Shown: piece after piece, positions 1 through 10,409 of the stretch
Layout: the number at the start of each line of letters is the position of its first letter
Position numbering within the stretch: the stretch's first letter is position 1
DNA from: a virus
Length of the DNA: 64,000 nucleotides
IMG/VR virus record: IMGVR_UViG_3300033148_006964
Location: 1 to 64,000 of that record
Direction: 5' to 3' (one strand)
Made by a program: the position numbers and the translations under genes
The notes under the pieces: model-generated
What the model was told of the DNA's origin: nothing
Database searches by the model: none
What the model saw: only the letters and a program-made list of their open reading frames with translations

Positions 1-157
1 TGTTAACCATCTTCTTAAACTTTTCTCCTCTGGCTACTGATGTGGTTGGGTAGAGGCGATAATTTTGTTCCCCTACTTCATAGTGTAAAAAAATAGCAGC
101 TGAAACAATACCATCGATATCATTATGAAATACGATGTGGTAAGTTTTTTCGTTCAT
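1..157 (-). CDS. DHH-family phosphoesterase, 5' part (runs off the window)
   Basis: Not in ORF track. Manual translation MNEKTYHIVFHNDIDGIVSAAIFLHY... carries the DHH motif I (HxDxDG). AGGAG RBS upstream. Confidence 0.7.
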   Translation of the reverse strand, partial: MNEKTYHIVFHNDIDGIVSAAIFLHYEVGEQNYRLYPTTSVARGEKFKKMVN

Positions 158-203
158 TCGGTCAACTCCTTTTAGTATGGGGGTTTTAAATAAAACTTTC
201 TCT

Positions 204-217
204 ATAGTAGTTATTAC
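204..217 (-). promoter_or_regulatory. Putative promoter, GTAATAAS-TAnnAT class
   Basis: Minus strand GTAATAACTACTAT upstream of the DHH gene. Same motif at 38623, 43166 and 44530. Confidence 0.55.
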
Positions 218-241
218 AAAAATTAATAAAAAATAACCACC

Positions 242-271
242 AAAAAAGGGCCGGAAAAAATCCAGCCCTTT
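242..271 (-). terminator. Rho-independent terminator
   Basis: Minus strand GGGCTGGA/TCCGGCCC stem (one G-U) followed by a T tract, downstream of 313..1229. Confidence 0.7.
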
Positions 272-312
272 AATGGGAAGAAAGCAGCGCTAGGCAACGC
301 TGTCAGAAAAAA

Positions 313-558
313 TTATTTATTTCGCAATTTACTATGAGTAAGTCTTTTGTCTGTAAGATGACTCATACGATAATTAGCTTTGTTTAATCTTATAGAATGA
401 GTCATATCTTTTGGAGCATCACCTTTAGTTGTAAGAGGCTGCGTATCATGATCAGCCGTTGCTTTTGCTAAAGTGTTATCTAAACTTGAAGCATCATTAT
501 ATATAGAAGACGCTATTTTTTCCGAGAACTTTTGAAGCACTATCTTATTGATATGCAT
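313..558 (-). CDS. Hypothetical protein (has EKIA motif)
   Basis: 81-aa ORF coupled to the upstream gene by a TAATG overlap at 558. Confidence 0.55.
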   Translation of the reverse strand: MHINKIVLQKFSEKIASSIYNDASSLDNTLAKATADHDTQPLTTKGDAPKDMTHSIRLNKANYRMSHLTDKRLTHSKLRNK

Positions 559-1229
559 TATTGTCTACGAGCATTAAATGGATTAATCATACCAAGACCA
601 GCGGTTCCGGCAGCTCCAGCAGCAACTCCTGTTGCAAGTTGATTTTGTCTTAAGACTGGTTTAAACACTTGACCAGCTGTAGCCATTTGGTGTTGTAAGC
701 TACCACCAAATCCTCTGGAAGCTTTAGCTGCTCTGTAAGCAGATCTGACTCCTGCTCCGAGATTTTTAAACTGGCCACCAAGAACTCTTCCTGCTGATTG
801 AACTCCTTTAAAAATAGCTCCAGTTGGAAACCCTAGTTTTTCGAGTTCATCATTAAATGCAGCTTCTTTAATAATATCATAAGCTTCTGAACTTGAGACT
901 TTTTGAAGATTGCCACTTTGTTTAGGCCCAAGACGCATACCAACGGCCAAACCACGTTTAAAGTAAGAACTTGCGAGTGCAGCGTTTTCCTGGTCATTAA
1001 AAGTACTAAATCTTTTAGCAAGATTTTGTGTAAGAGCTGCGTTTTCTTTAGCGTTAGCTTCAGTAAACTGAGTAGCCATTATATTACCCATGGTTTCCGC
1101 TCCGGATGAACGACCTTTTTTATAACCGATAGTTCCTAAAGCAGTTCCACCAGCAAGTGCCCCACCCGCACCATATGTTCCGATTCTTTTAAGAATTTTA
1201 GCTACATTAACTTTAGCTATCTTATCCAT
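558..1229 (-). CDS. Gly/Ala-rich putative internal virion (ejection-type) protein
   Basis: Gly-rich hydrophobic segments at both ends. KEAAFNDELEKLG resembles EEAFEDEIQKIAA in 7837..8433. Confidence 0.5.
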   Translation of the reverse strand: MDKIAKVNVAKILKRIGTYGAGGALAGGTALGTIGYKKGRSSGAETMGNIMATQFTEANAKENAALTQNLAKRFSTFNDQENAALASSYFKRGLAVGMRLGPKQSGNLQKVSSSEAYDIIKEAAFNDELEKLGFPTGAIFKGVQSAGRVLGGQFKNLGAGVRSAYRAAKASRGFGGSLQHQMATAGQVFKPVLRQNQLATGVAAGAAGTAGLGMINPFNARRQ

Positions 1230-1356
1230 TTTTAATCACCTTTGAAAAAAAAGATATCTTATTGTATAATATGTATATAAGTATAATATAGTTTATTATT
1301 ATTAATAATAGCTATGAAATTATTAATATAGGAGAAAATGTTGTATATTATGTATT

Positions 1357-2439
1357 ATGAGTAAAGTACCATTTGAAAAATTTATAATCACGTTCTTATT
1401 ATTTAATAAGGACATAAGGTTTATCATTGATAAACTCAATACCTTTGGGTACAATGTTGATGAAGATGAGGTGTCTGAGATTTTTAGTGAGGTTAAACGT
1501 TTATTGCCTAAAGACTTAAGTAAACATATAGCTAATAGACAGCCGTTAGATATAGAAGATAAACATCATGTTCAATGGTTAAAACAATTTGATATATTTG
1601 AGTTTTATGATTTTATTATAAGACGAGATCAAAAATTAAAAAAAGTTCCCTCATATTTTAAACAATGTGAAGATTGTTTATGGATTCATTCAAATGAAGA
1701 TATTATGAGTTTAATAAATATATTTTTATTTAATGGTGAAGATCATGAATCTATCTCTAAAATTGTAAACTTTAAATATAAAAAGACAATCAGTTTAAAG
1801 ACTCTTGATTTATATAATAGAGTATTTTGGGAAACTAAAGATATCACAGCAAAAGAAGCTTTATTTCATTGTATTCCATTTAGAAACAATGCTTTAATTA
1901 TTAGACGGTTAAGAAATGGTGATCTTAAATTTGGTGTTGTAGATCAAACTACAGAAGTTGAAGCTAATGAGGGTGATGAATCTAATGATGGGTGCGATAT
2001 ATCTTTTACATTTCATAATTCAGAATATATTAAGTGGAAAATAGGTTATAAAGATGTAACAATACCATCTACTGAGGATTTTCTTGAAAAAGTAAAAACT
2101 GATAGTTTTTATAAATACTATGAAACTATGAATATGACTCAGAGTATTGAAATTGAAAAGGAAGATGGCAATAGTTTAAAGCTTGGCGCATTTGATGTTA
2201 AGAAAACAAAAAGACGTAATGTTGAAGAACAACGTGTTAAAATGGCTAAGTATTGGCTTGATATGTATTTAAAGGCTGATAAGTCTAAACCTATAGGTAG
2301 AAGTTCAAAAGAAGACTTCTTTGAAAAGATGGCTAATTTAGAACTTAATTATGAAGAAGATGATAAGATTGCTCTTATTGATGATGTCCCTGAAGTTATG
2401 AAAGACATTAAAGGTGATATTTCAAGCGCAACAATTTGA
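1357..2439 (+). CDS. Hypothetical protein, possible small terminase subunit
   Basis: 360-aa ORF immediately upstream of the large terminase. The call is positional only. Confidence 0.35.
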   Translation: MSKVPFEKFIITFLLFNKDIRFIIDKLNTFGYNVDEDEVSEIFSEVKRLLPKDLSKHIANRQPLDIEDKHHVQWLKQFDIFEFYDFIIRRDQKLKKVPSYFKQCEDCLWIHSNEDIMSLINIFLFNGEDHESISKIVNFKYKKTISLKTLDLYNRVFWETKDITAKEALFHCIPFRNNALIIRRLRNGDLKFGVVDQTTEVEANEGDESNDGCDISFTFHNSEYIKWKIGYKDVTIPSTEDFLEKVKTDSFYKYYETMNMTQSIEIEKEDGNSLKLGAFDVKKTKRRNVEEQRVKMAKYWLDMYLKADKSKPIGRSSKEDFFEKMANLELNYEEDDKIALIDDVPEVMKDIKGDISSATI

Positions 2440-2447
2440 GGAAATAA

Positions 2448-4109
2448 ATGGCTACAGCTGTTGAATTTGCTACTAATATATTCTATCTTAATGGTGCTCC
2501 TTTAAACTTGCCTTATGAGTCTATGAGGCACATACACCCTATATACAACAAAAGAACTAATGCAATGCTTTTTAAATTTGGAAGGCAGACACATAAATCT
2601 ACCACTGTTGGATATAAGATTACTATTCCATGTTTAAAATTTGAAAATTATCATTCATTATATGTAGCGCCTACTGGGAATCAAGTATCAGTGTTTTCAA
2701 CTGATAAGCTTGATAGTACATTAAGAGAATCGGAAGTTATTCAAGATCATTATATAGATACTAAAACAAAAGATCAAATATCATATAAAGAACTTACGAA
2801 TGGTAGTAGGATTTATCTTCGGTCTGCTTTTCATTCTGCCGATTCGATACGTGGGATATCTGCTGATCAAACGTGTATTGATGAGATACAGGATATATGT
2901 AGTGATCATATTCCTGTTATTGAGCAATGTATGAGCCATAGTTTAGCAAAATGGGAATCATTAAAAGATAGAGTTCCTAATCTTCCAATGCATTTATTTA
3001 ATTGTAGAATATATGCAGGCACTCCAAAAACTATTGAAAATACAATGGAGAGATATTGGGATCAATCAACTCAGAATGAATGGATTATAAAATGTACTCA
3101 TCAGGGATGTAAAAAATATAATTATATTAATGAATTTAATATTGGGGATACTTGTTTGATCTGTAATAAATGTGGGAAACCAATTTATTATGAAAACGGT
3201 CAATGGGTTAAAATGGCATCTGAAGGTATTATCGATAGTTTTAGAACTCCTCAGATTATTTTAAATTGGATTAATAATATAAACAATCCTGAAGCATGGA
3301 AAATAAATGTTATAAATACCAGGAGATTATATTCTACTGAAAAATATTTTAATGAAGTGTTAGCGCTTCCATATGCAAATGCCAGGCATCCATTAAGTGT
3401 AGCTGAAATAAAAGCGGTTTGTGAAGACTATGATATGGTTGATGAGAATGTTGGTTATGGTGACGCTATGCTTGGCGGGACGCCTTTGTTTGCCGGTATA
3501 GATTGGGGCAAAGGTGATACAGCTTCTGGTACTTCATATTCAATACTTACTATTGGTGGTCATATTAAAGGTAAGTTTAAGACCGTATTTAAAAAAAGGT
3601 ATACAGGAAAACTTGGTGCTCCATTACCTCAAGTAGAAGATATGTTAAATATTATACGTAGATTTAGATGCGTGTTAACGATTGCTGATACTGGTGATGG
3701 AAGAACTTCTAATGCCATGATGGTAGAAGCATTAGGCCCAAGATCATTTGGTGAAATATATGAACATGGAACTATGAAACAAAAGATCAAATGGGATGGA
3801 GATAAAGGTATTTATATTATGAATCGGACTAGAATAATGACCGATTTATTAATGGAGATCAAACGCGAAGAAGTTTCTTTTTTTAAGTATGAGCAGTTTA
3901 AAGAGTTTCAATCTGATTTTACTGGGATATACGCAGATTACAGTGAACGTACCAGGTTGACTAAGTATGATCATAATGTTCCAGATGATGCTTTTCATTC
4001 TTATATGTTTGCAAGAATAGCAAGTAAAATATTTAGAGGAGAATATGCTAAGTATCTTACTGGGGCATCAGTTGGAGCGATAAATAAAGACGCTATTTCA
4101 TTAGGATAA
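2448..4109 (+). CDS. terL: Terminase large subunit (GpA-like)
   Basis: Walker A-like GRQTHKST, Walker B CIDEIQD, coupling motif AGTPKT, Cys cluster (CTHQGC..CNKC), nuclease motif GIDWG. Confidence 0.9.
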   Translation: MATAVEFATNIFYLNGAPLNLPYESMRHIHPIYNKRTNAMLFKFGRQTHKSTTVGYKITIPCLKFENYHSLYVAPTGNQVSVFSTDKLDSTLRESEVIQDHYIDTKTKDQISYKELTNGSRIYLRSAFHSADSIRGISADQTCIDEIQDICSDHIPVIEQCMSHSLAKWESLKDRVPNLPMHLFNCRIYAGTPKTIENTMERYWDQSTQNEWIIKCTHQGCKKYNYINEFNIGDTCLICNKCGKPIYYENGQWVKMASEGIIDSFRTPQIILNWINNINNPEAWKINVINTRRLYSTEKYFNEVLALPYANARHPLSVAEIKAVCEDYDMVDENVGYGDAMLGGTPLFAGIDWGKGDTASGTSYSILTIGGHIKGKFKTVFKKRYTGKLGAPLPQVEDMLNIIRRFRCVLTIADTGDGRTSNAMMVEALGPRSFGEIYEHGTMKQKIKWDGDKGIYIMNRTRIMTDLLMEIKREEVSFFKYEQFKEFQSDFTGIYADYSERTRLTKYDHNVPDDAFHSYMFARIASKIFRGEYAKYLTGASVGAINKDAISLG

Positions 4110-4124
4110 AACAAAGAGGTTAAT

Positions 4125-4481
4125 ATGCCGTTTAAATCAGAATCTCAGAGAAAAAAATGTTACTACCTCACGGCTAAGGGAAAAGCTGGAAGTTGGAATT
4201 GCGACGAGTGGGAGGCCGTTACGCCAAAAAACAAAAAATTACCGGAAAGTCTAAAGAAAATATCTTGCGAAATGTCTACTTCTTTTGCGAAGATTGCTAA
4301 GGAATTGTTTAATCCACAAAAGTCTCCTCTAATATCTACAACTATAATACAAAAAAATATGATTGAAAACGCTAAACAAGAAAAGATGAAAGGAATGACT
4401 CCTATAGAATATAGAAACGAAGTTACTTCAAGAAGCAGAGGCATTATAGCCAGAAACAAACAAACAGCTAAAAGTGTTTGA
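4125..4481 (+). CDS. Hypothetical protein with N-terminal MPFKSESQR motif
   Basis: 118-aa ORF with GAGG RBS. PFKS-x-x-QR is a start I recognise from small phage proteins. Confidence 0.6.
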   Translation: MPFKSESQRKKCYYLTAKGKAGSWNCDEWEAVTPKNKKLPESLKKISCEMSTSFAKIAKELFNPQKSPLISTTIIQKNMIENAKQEKMKGMTPIEYRNEVTSRSRGIIARNKQTAKSV

Positions 4482-4904
4482 TTACCTTTTAAGATGTTCT
4501 GGGACGAATAAGCCACCTTCATTAATATATCCATCAACATCTATGCTTAAATCTTTATTAGGATCGATACTGACATCATTTACACCTTGATGGTTTAACG
4601 CCGCTTCATTAAGTATTTCCTGTACAGTTGATTCAAATAGATCTTCGTACCATTTTTCAGACTGTTGGTATTCAGCAAGAGAAGCACCTCTGAATTCTGA
4701 TATAAGATTAGATTTAATTAAGACTAAAGCATCAAATGGGATTTGATTTTTGCCTTTTCGAACTATAACTATTTCGAATAGTTTTGCAGTATAAGCTTTA
4801 AAGATATCAGTAAGTAGTTCTTTTTTATCCAGCTTTGGATCTGCGTTAATAATTGAATCTTTGAGTTCTTTTTGAAAATCTTGAGATTCATTTGACATAG
4901 CCAC
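4482..4904 (-). CDS. Hypothetical protein
   Basis: 140-aa ORF with GGGG RBS, convergent and abutting with 4125..4481. Confidence 0.65.
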   Translation of the reverse strand: MAMSNESQDFQKELKDSIINADPKLDKKELLTDIFKAYTAKLFEIVIVRKGKNQIPFDALVLIKSNLISEFRGASLAEYQQSEKWYEDLFESTVQEILNEAALNHQGVNDVSIDPNKDLSIDVDGYINEGGLFVPEHLKR

Positions 4905-5044
4905 CCCTTGGTTAAGTTATGTCTTAATATAATGAATTATTTACTGAACATCAATAATAGTTGTGATTTTTTTGTAAAAATGTTATATTTTGATTAACGT
5001 AGTATGATGTTATTGTATATTATATTGAAACAATTGTAAATGTA

Positions 5045-5866
5045 ATGATAAATATTATAGAATTAATAAAAGAAAAAGCGCAAAAGGCTTCTGAAGATTA
5101 TTTGCTTTTTGGAGATAGTCTTAATGATGCTATTGTTTCTTTTCATCAAAGTGGCGAAATTGATAATGACGAGATATTAAAACGGATTTGCGAGCAAGCT
5201 AATCAAAATGTATATCTTGGAATATTTAATGATGATCAATGTGATAAGTCTAATATTCAGTTCCCTATAGCAGATTTTACAAAAATTAAAGAGCAAACTC
5301 AAAAAAGTGAGCAGGCTATGAAAGAATACCAAACACCTCCTGGAAGTTTTAAATCATTATTAAGCAATGTTGTAACGCCGCCTGATATAGAGCAGGTTAC
5401 AGATAGTAATGTTAAACTCGCAGAATTAAACAATACAGTTGAGTATCGTACTGCGTTTCGTAATCTTCATGGAAGCATGGAGACTTTAAAACATGCTGAG
5501 ATGCGGGATGCTGAAAACGCTTTCAATAAGTTGGCCCATGAAACTAAGATTATGGTAGCTAATGGAGAGTCGATAGGTGATATTGCTAAAATTGCAGCAA
5601 GATATGTAAAAGAGCAGGGGCTGGATATGAATAAGATCGCTTCTGCTTATGATATTGTGCATAAAGAGCTTATGAATAGTGGTTTTAGTGTAAAGACGGA
5701 TTTTACTAAAGTATCGTCACTTAAAGTCAATCCTAATTCGGAAATGCTTAAACCAGTTAATGAATTAGTTCTTTCTCTTGAGAAGATCGCAGCTCTTGAT
5801 GATATGTGTAACAATATATCTAAGGTATTAAACGCTTTTGATGGAGTAGTGAATGAGCAGTTATGA
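5045..5866 (+). CDS. Helical head-associated protein, multiple K-x-A motifs
   Basis: 273 aa, first gene of the head operon after an AT-rich promoter region. Confidence 0.55.
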   Translation: MINIIELIKEKAQKASEDYLLFGDSLNDAIVSFHQSGEIDNDEILKRICEQANQNVYLGIFNDDQCDKSNIQFPIADFTKIKEQTQKSEQAMKEYQTPPGSFKSLLSNVVTPPDIEQVTDSNVKLAELNNTVEYRTAFRNLHGSMETLKHAEMRDAENAFNKLAHETKIMVANGESIGDIAKIAARYVKEQGLDMNKIASAYDIVHKELMNSGFSVKTDFTKVSSLKVNPNSEMLKPVNELVLSLEKIAALDDMCNNISKVLNAFDGVVNEQL

Positions 5867-6641
5867 AGATGATAAAAAAGGGGCTATGGAGGAGGCTTTA
5901 GATCTAGCGAAAAAAAAATTAGTTCATGCTAGAAATGTAGTTGAATCAAAAATACCCTTAGCTGTTTTGCCGAAACTTGATAAAGAACCTGTTTCAAGTA
6001 CGGCAAAGAGTAGGGTTATGTACGCCGCTTTAGGTGCATTAAGTGGTCTTGCAGCTTCTGGTGTTTTAGTTCCCTTTATTACTCGTGGTAAATATAGAAT
6101 GTCAAAGCCTCAGATCGCAGCGACAACATTATCTATGGCGTTTGGTTCTGCGTCTTTTCCGGAAATACAGGAATTAGCATTTGCGAAAAAAAGAGGTGAA
6201 ATAAGCGGTAAAGAAGCATCAAAACGTTATAGTAAGTTAATGTATAGTGCTAATAAAGTTGAAGAGATTAAAGATCCATTGGAAAGGCTTTATAAAAGTA
6301 GAATGAATAAAACAGCTGGTGCATTTGGTACTGCTGCAAAATATATTGGGAAAAAAATGCTTAAGGGGACAGGAACGGTTGCTAAAGAATATGGTAGAGC
6401 TGTTGTTCAACGACCATGGGTAGGTGGTTTAGGAGAAAGAACTTTTGGTCTTATCGCAAAAGGAACAGCTGGATATGGATTATATAGAGGGGGTAAGGCT
6501 ATATATAATAGAATGGGCCCTCCTCGTTCCGGAGCTAATTATACTACATTTCTTAGAAATCAGACATTAGCTGGAAACATACAGCCTTCAGAACTTAATC
6601 AGTCTGATTTAATATCTGTAAGAAGGTTAGGTCTTAAATGA
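5853..6641 (+). CDS. Gly-rich putative internal virion protein
   Basis: 262 aa with hydrophobic Gly/Ala segments and MNKTAG motif. Confidence 0.5.
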   Translation: MSSYEDDKKGAMEEALDLAKKKLVHARNVVESKIPLAVLPKLDKEPVSSTAKSRVMYAALGALSGLAASGVLVPFITRGKYRMSKPQIAATTLSMAFGSASFPEIQELAFAKKRGEISGKEASKRYSKLMYSANKVEEIKDPLERLYKSRMNKTAGAFGTAAKYIGKKMLKGTGTVAKEYGRAVVQRPWVGGLGERTFGLIAKGTAGYGLYRGGKAIYNRMGPPRSGANYTTFLRNQTLAGNIQPSELNQSDLISVRRLGLK

Positions 6642-6910
6642 AGTGGAAAAAATATTTTTTTAGAGAGATGGAGAAAGAAGCCCTTTTAGGTGGCCTTATA
6701 ATGGGTGGTGTTAATATTGGAGCATCTGCTATGGAAGCTAGTTCTCAAATCAAACAATACAAACAAAAGGCTCAACTTGGAGCACCCATGGCAAGTAACC
6801 CAGCTACGTCTCAATTCAAGCTACAATCTCCTAATGCATATCAATTTGAAGGTGGCAAACATACTAATTTTAAATCTGTAATGCCGAATCAATTTCCGCT
6901 TTATAGTTAA
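6638..6910 (+). CDS. Small putative internal virion protein
   Basis: 90 aa, ATGA overlap, MEKEALLGG motif. Confidence 0.5.
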   Translation: MKWKKYFFREMEKEALLGGLIMGGVNIGASAMEASSQIKQYKQKAQLGAPMASNPATSQFKLQSPNAYQFEGGKHTNFKSVMPNQFPLYS

Positions 6911-6922
6911 AAGGGGCACATA

Positions 6923-7498
6923 ATGAGTGTAATTAAAGAAGCAGCTGATAGACTCTTATCACGAGGTGAGATCAGTGAAGAGGAATATAAAGGAATAGAT
7001 TTTGATAACTTTGAGAAATTAGCTAAAGCTAAAGGAATAAAAAGGTTTTTTACCTATTTAAAAGCTCAAGCTAAACATCCTACAATGGTGAAAACCCCTA
7101 CTGATATTATGAAGAAAACATTTAAAACGCGTGGTGTTGATGCATTATTAGTTGGGGCTGGAATAGCTTTAGCGAAAGAATCTTTGATAGACCCAATAGT
7201 TGGCTCTGCTAAGATTCAAAGTTCTTACAGTCAACTTGCTAAAAAAACACCTCAACTCGCTGAAAAGGATAAAGATCAAATAAAAGATTATTTTAATGTT
7301 ATTAAAACCTTTTCACCAAAAGCAGCCTCTAATCCTCTTGTTGCCGGAGCCCTTGTAAATAAAATGATAGAGTTTGGTGGGGTGGATCATAAACTTGTTC
7401 AGGATATTGCTTCTATAGAAGCTGGTGCTCCTGGCTTGTTAGGAAAAGCCAGGGAGAACATTATTAAAAGTGTTGTTGGTGCAGCAGCAGCGGTTTAA
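6923..7498 (+). CDS. Putative head-associated protein
   Basis: 191 aa with GGGG RBS, KEAA/EKLA motifs and one hydrophobic segment. Confidence 0.55.
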   Translation: MSVIKEAADRLLSRGEISEEEYKGIDFDNFEKLAKAKGIKRFFTYLKAQAKHPTMVKTPTDIMKKTFKTRGVDALLVGAGIALAKESLIDPIVGSAKIQSSYSQLAKKTPQLAEKDKDQIKDYFNVIKTFSPKAASNPLVAGALVNKMIEFGGVDHKLVQDIASIEAGAPGLLGKARENIIKSVVGAAAAV

Positions 7499-7508
7499 GG
7501 ATAAAAAT

Positions 7509-7826
7509 ATGAATATTCCAATAGTAAATATGAGAATAGCCCTTGAAAAGAATGCTGGCGCAATAGGTGGTGCTGTTAAAGCTGTTTGGAAACATCCTAA
7601 AATTACTTTAGCAATAATCGGCACCGGAGCTGCTGGTCTTGGGACTTTAGCTCTTGCCGATAAGATTCATGATGCTTATAATATTTCCAGTGAAATGCGT
7701 AAACGTAAGGTTATGAATAATCAAATAGAAATATTAAATGATATTCTGGATTCTCAAAGAAAATTAGAACCTGGTAATATTCCGGTTATAAAAAAACAAA
7801 AACAAATAATTGAACCTTTATATTAA
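7509..7826 (+). CDS. Small membrane-like putative internal virion protein
   Basis: Start moved to ATG 7509 (AAGGA RBS). LEKNAG followed by a Gly-rich hydrophobic helix. Confidence 0.5.
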   Translation: MNIPIVNMRIALEKNAGAIGGAVKAVWKHPKITLAIIGTGAAGLGTLALADKIHDAYNISSEMRKRKVMNNQIEILNDILDSQRKLEPGNIPVIKKQKQIIEPLY

Positions 7827-7836
7827 GGAGTGTGAG

Positions 7837-8433
7837 ATGAATGATCAGATTTTAGAACGGATTTATGAAGAAGCTTTTGAAGATGAAATTCAAAAAATAG
7901 CCGCAAGCGAAAAGGGTCCATATGGATATCTTGGTAGTTCTTTAAAGTCAACGGTACCATATACTATAGGTGGTGAATTTGCCGGTGGTGGCATAGGGGC
8001 TGGTATTGGTGCTGGCGTAGGTGCTTTAGGCGCACTTCTTGTTAAAAAAAGTCCTAAAGCAGGCGCTGCAGCTGGAGCCTTAGCTGGTGGTTATGCTGGC
8101 GCACTTGGTGGAGGTCTTACTGGTGCAGCTAAAGGTTATAAAAAGTTTATTAAAAAAGAAACAGGTAAAGATGTATCTGGTGCTGGAGCTTTAGGTAAGT
8201 CGTATTTACATCTAGGCGGTAAAGGCCTTCTTGGTGCAGCAGCCGGTACTGGTGTAGGCGCTGGTGTAGGTGCTGGTGTGGGTGCTCTTGCTGCATTATT
8301 AGCTAAAAAGAGTCCGAAATCAGGCGCTGCAATTGGGTCTTTAATTGGGGGTGGAACCGGTTATGGTGGGGGAGCTCTTCACGGCACCGCTCTTGGTTCA
8401 AAGTCTTTAGTTAAATCGTATCAAAAGAAATAA
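7837..8433 (+). CDS. Glycine-zipper protein with internal tandem duplication
   Basis: Start ATG 7837 after AAGGAG. The unit GAG(I/V)GAGVGAL.ALL.KKSPK.GAA.G.L.GG occurs twice. Confidence 0.6.
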   Translation: MNDQILERIYEEAFEDEIQKIAASEKGPYGYLGSSLKSTVPYTIGGEFAGGGIGAGIGAGVGALGALLVKKSPKAGAAAGALAGGYAGALGGGLTGAAKGYKKFIKKETGKDVSGAGALGKSYLHLGGKGLLGAAAGTGVGAGVGAGVGALAALLAKKSPKSGAAIGSLIGGGTGYGGGALHGTALGSKSLVKSYQKK

Positions 8434-8442
8434 AGGATTAAC

Positions 8443-10344
8443 ATGATTAAATATGTTGAATTCGATGCCTTTGATGAATATGGACAACATATAATTCCGG
8501 TAGATGCAGTTTGTTCTATGAATAAAACCGCATCTACTGGATATTCTCCTGAATTAATGAAGGTCATTCTTGCGTTAAAACGCAGGGATGATCGTTATTA
8601 TGTTGTAGTTAATGCTTTAGGTTCGTCTGAAGTGTGGGGATCTAATAAAAACGGTGATGGGTTTCCTGAAGTAGGTTTAAAACATAAATCCCTTCGTACT
8701 GATATGGGAACTACTGATGATTATGGATATAAGACATTTGAATATTATGCAAAACTATTTAAACATCATGTAAATAAAGACCCTAAACGTAGCTTTGGAG
8801 AAGTTCTTTTTGCTCATTGGAATTCAGTTCTTCATAGAGTTGAGCTTATAGTAGCAATTAATACTGCAACTGGTAAAGATATTATAAAAGCTCTTGAAGC
8901 AAATGAACAGGTTGGGGTGTCGATGGGAGCTAAAGTACGCTATGATCGCTGTAGTATTTGTGGAAATAAAGCTAAGACAAGGACTCAATATTGTAAACAT
9001 CTTAAAAATTATATGGGTAGAATTGTTTCGAAAGAAAAGGCTGCTCAATGGTCTTTAGAATTAGGTAAGACCATACTTCCAGGATCTCAAGTTTTTGCTT
9101 ATAATGATCATCCAAGATTTTTTGATATATCAAAAGTTTATGTTGGTGCTGATAGAACAGCTTTTATTCTTGGTAAAGCCGCTTCTAACGGGATTGTAAT
9201 AGCATCTGTTGATATGGCAGAAGCTTATGGAATGACCGATGAAGTTTTTGATAAGATAGCTGAAGTGGGAAAAGAAGGTGCAATTAATAAAATTATAGGT
9301 GGTCCTTCAACAAATTCAAGTATAGATGGAAAAGTTATTCCTACCAGTAAGACAATCGCATTAAAAAAAGCTATAGATGAAAATGTTAAAAAAACAATAT
9401 CAGAAGAACCTGTTATTCCTTCAAGTTTTATTAATTCAATAACTGAACCAAAGACTATTCCTTTAAGTCATATTGTTTCAACTTTATTTGGACTTGGTAT
9501 TCATCCTAAGCCAACTGAGTTTCAAAGAATAGTACTTGTTAGTAATGGTCAAAAATCTTTAGCAGATGAACTTGATAAAGATAATTTAGTATTTGATTAT
9601 AAAGATGATAAAGTAAAACCTCAAGAATTAGATATATCAAATAATAATTTCAACGATATGCTTGGAAGGCTTTTAATTCCATTTCTAAAATCTCGAAGTG
9701 CTATGCCTAATTTTCTTGAACCAAGAATTAATGCGGTTATGATAAAGACAAGTGAAGCTAAATGGTTAGATCCTGTTGAAGATCCTGATAAAGGTGAATC
9801 TAAGATAACGCCTATAGTAGCTTTGGCTGGGGTTGCGGCTTTATACGCAACTCTTAAAGCAAAGGCGGCAGGGTATGGCCCGAAACAATTTGCAGAAATA
9901 TGGACTAAAAAACCATGGTTACGAATATTAATCGGTGGTTCTATTATAAATAAGATTCTGGAACAAACTAATGCAGCTGATGTTAACGATCCTTTATTAA
10001 GACCGGCAAGTGATTATGCAGATATATTACAAGATACTAATTTTTCAGGCCATATAACAAAACAAGGGTCAGAAGAATTAGATAAGACGGCGAAGTTTAA
10101 GCCTTCTGCTTTTGCTTCAGCTATGGGTAGGGGAGCTATAGCTGGAACTGTTCTTTTTCCGAGTGCGTATATAATTAATTCATATAATCAGAGATCATTA
10201 TATAATAAAGGTAAACCTCTTTTTCCTGGTGCAGGTTTGTCTCCAAAGACTATGGCAATTGGAGGCGGCGTCGCAACGGTAGCAGGAAGTGGTATATTAA
10301 GTAAAGGATTATCACTTGCTAAAAAGGTTGTTAAAATAAAGTAA
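8443..10344 (+). CDS. Prohead (capsid maturation) serine protease with long C-terminal extension
   Basis: LFKHH..., VSMGA catalytic-Ser-like motif followed by CSICG..YCKH Zn insert, FFDISKV..GAD. Located upstream of scaffold and capsid genes. Confidence 0.75.
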   Translation: MIKYVEFDAFDEYGQHIIPVDAVCSMNKTASTGYSPELMKVILALKRRDDRYYVVVNALGSSEVWGSNKNGDGFPEVGLKHKSLRTDMGTTDDYGYKTFEYYAKLFKHHVNKDPKRSFGEVLFAHWNSVLHRVELIVAINTATGKDIIKALEANEQVGVSMGAKVRYDRCSICGNKAKTRTQYCKHLKNYMGRIVSKEKAAQWSLELGKTILPGSQVFAYNDHPRFFDISKVYVGADRTAFILGKAASNGIVIASVDMAEAYGMTDEVFDKIAEVGKEGAINKIIGGPSTNSSIDGKVIPTSKTIALKKAIDENVKKTISEEPVIPSSFINSITEPKTIPLSHIVSTLFGLGIHPKPTEFQRIVLVSNGQKSLADELDKDNLVFDYKDDKVKPQELDISNNNFNDMLGRLLIPFLKSRSAMPNFLEPRINAVMIKTSEAKWLDPVEDPDKGESKITPIVALAGVAALYATLKAKAAGYGPKQFAEIWTKKPWLRILIGGSIINKILEQTNAADVNDPLLRPASDYADILQDTNFSGHITKQGSEELDKTAKFKPSAFASAMGRGAIAGTVLFPSAYIINSYNQRSLYNKGKPLFPGAGLSPKTMAIGGGVATVAGSGILSKGLSLAKKVVKIK

Positions 10345-10376
10345 GGAGGTTTATTTTATTAAGGTAATAAAAAAGG

Positions 10377-10409
10377 TTGCGTTAAATATGATATTAATGT
10401 TATATTATA
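10377..10409 (+). promoter_or_regulatory. Sigma70-like promoter TTGCGT-N18-TATATT(ATA)
   Basis: Upstream of the scaffold gene. Same architecture at 28744, 31181, 35954 and 47209. Confidence 0.5.

Noticed and set aside
2448-4109. Terminase as a pseudogene because of its Walker A change
   Set aside because: The ORF is full length with the other catalytic motifs intact.
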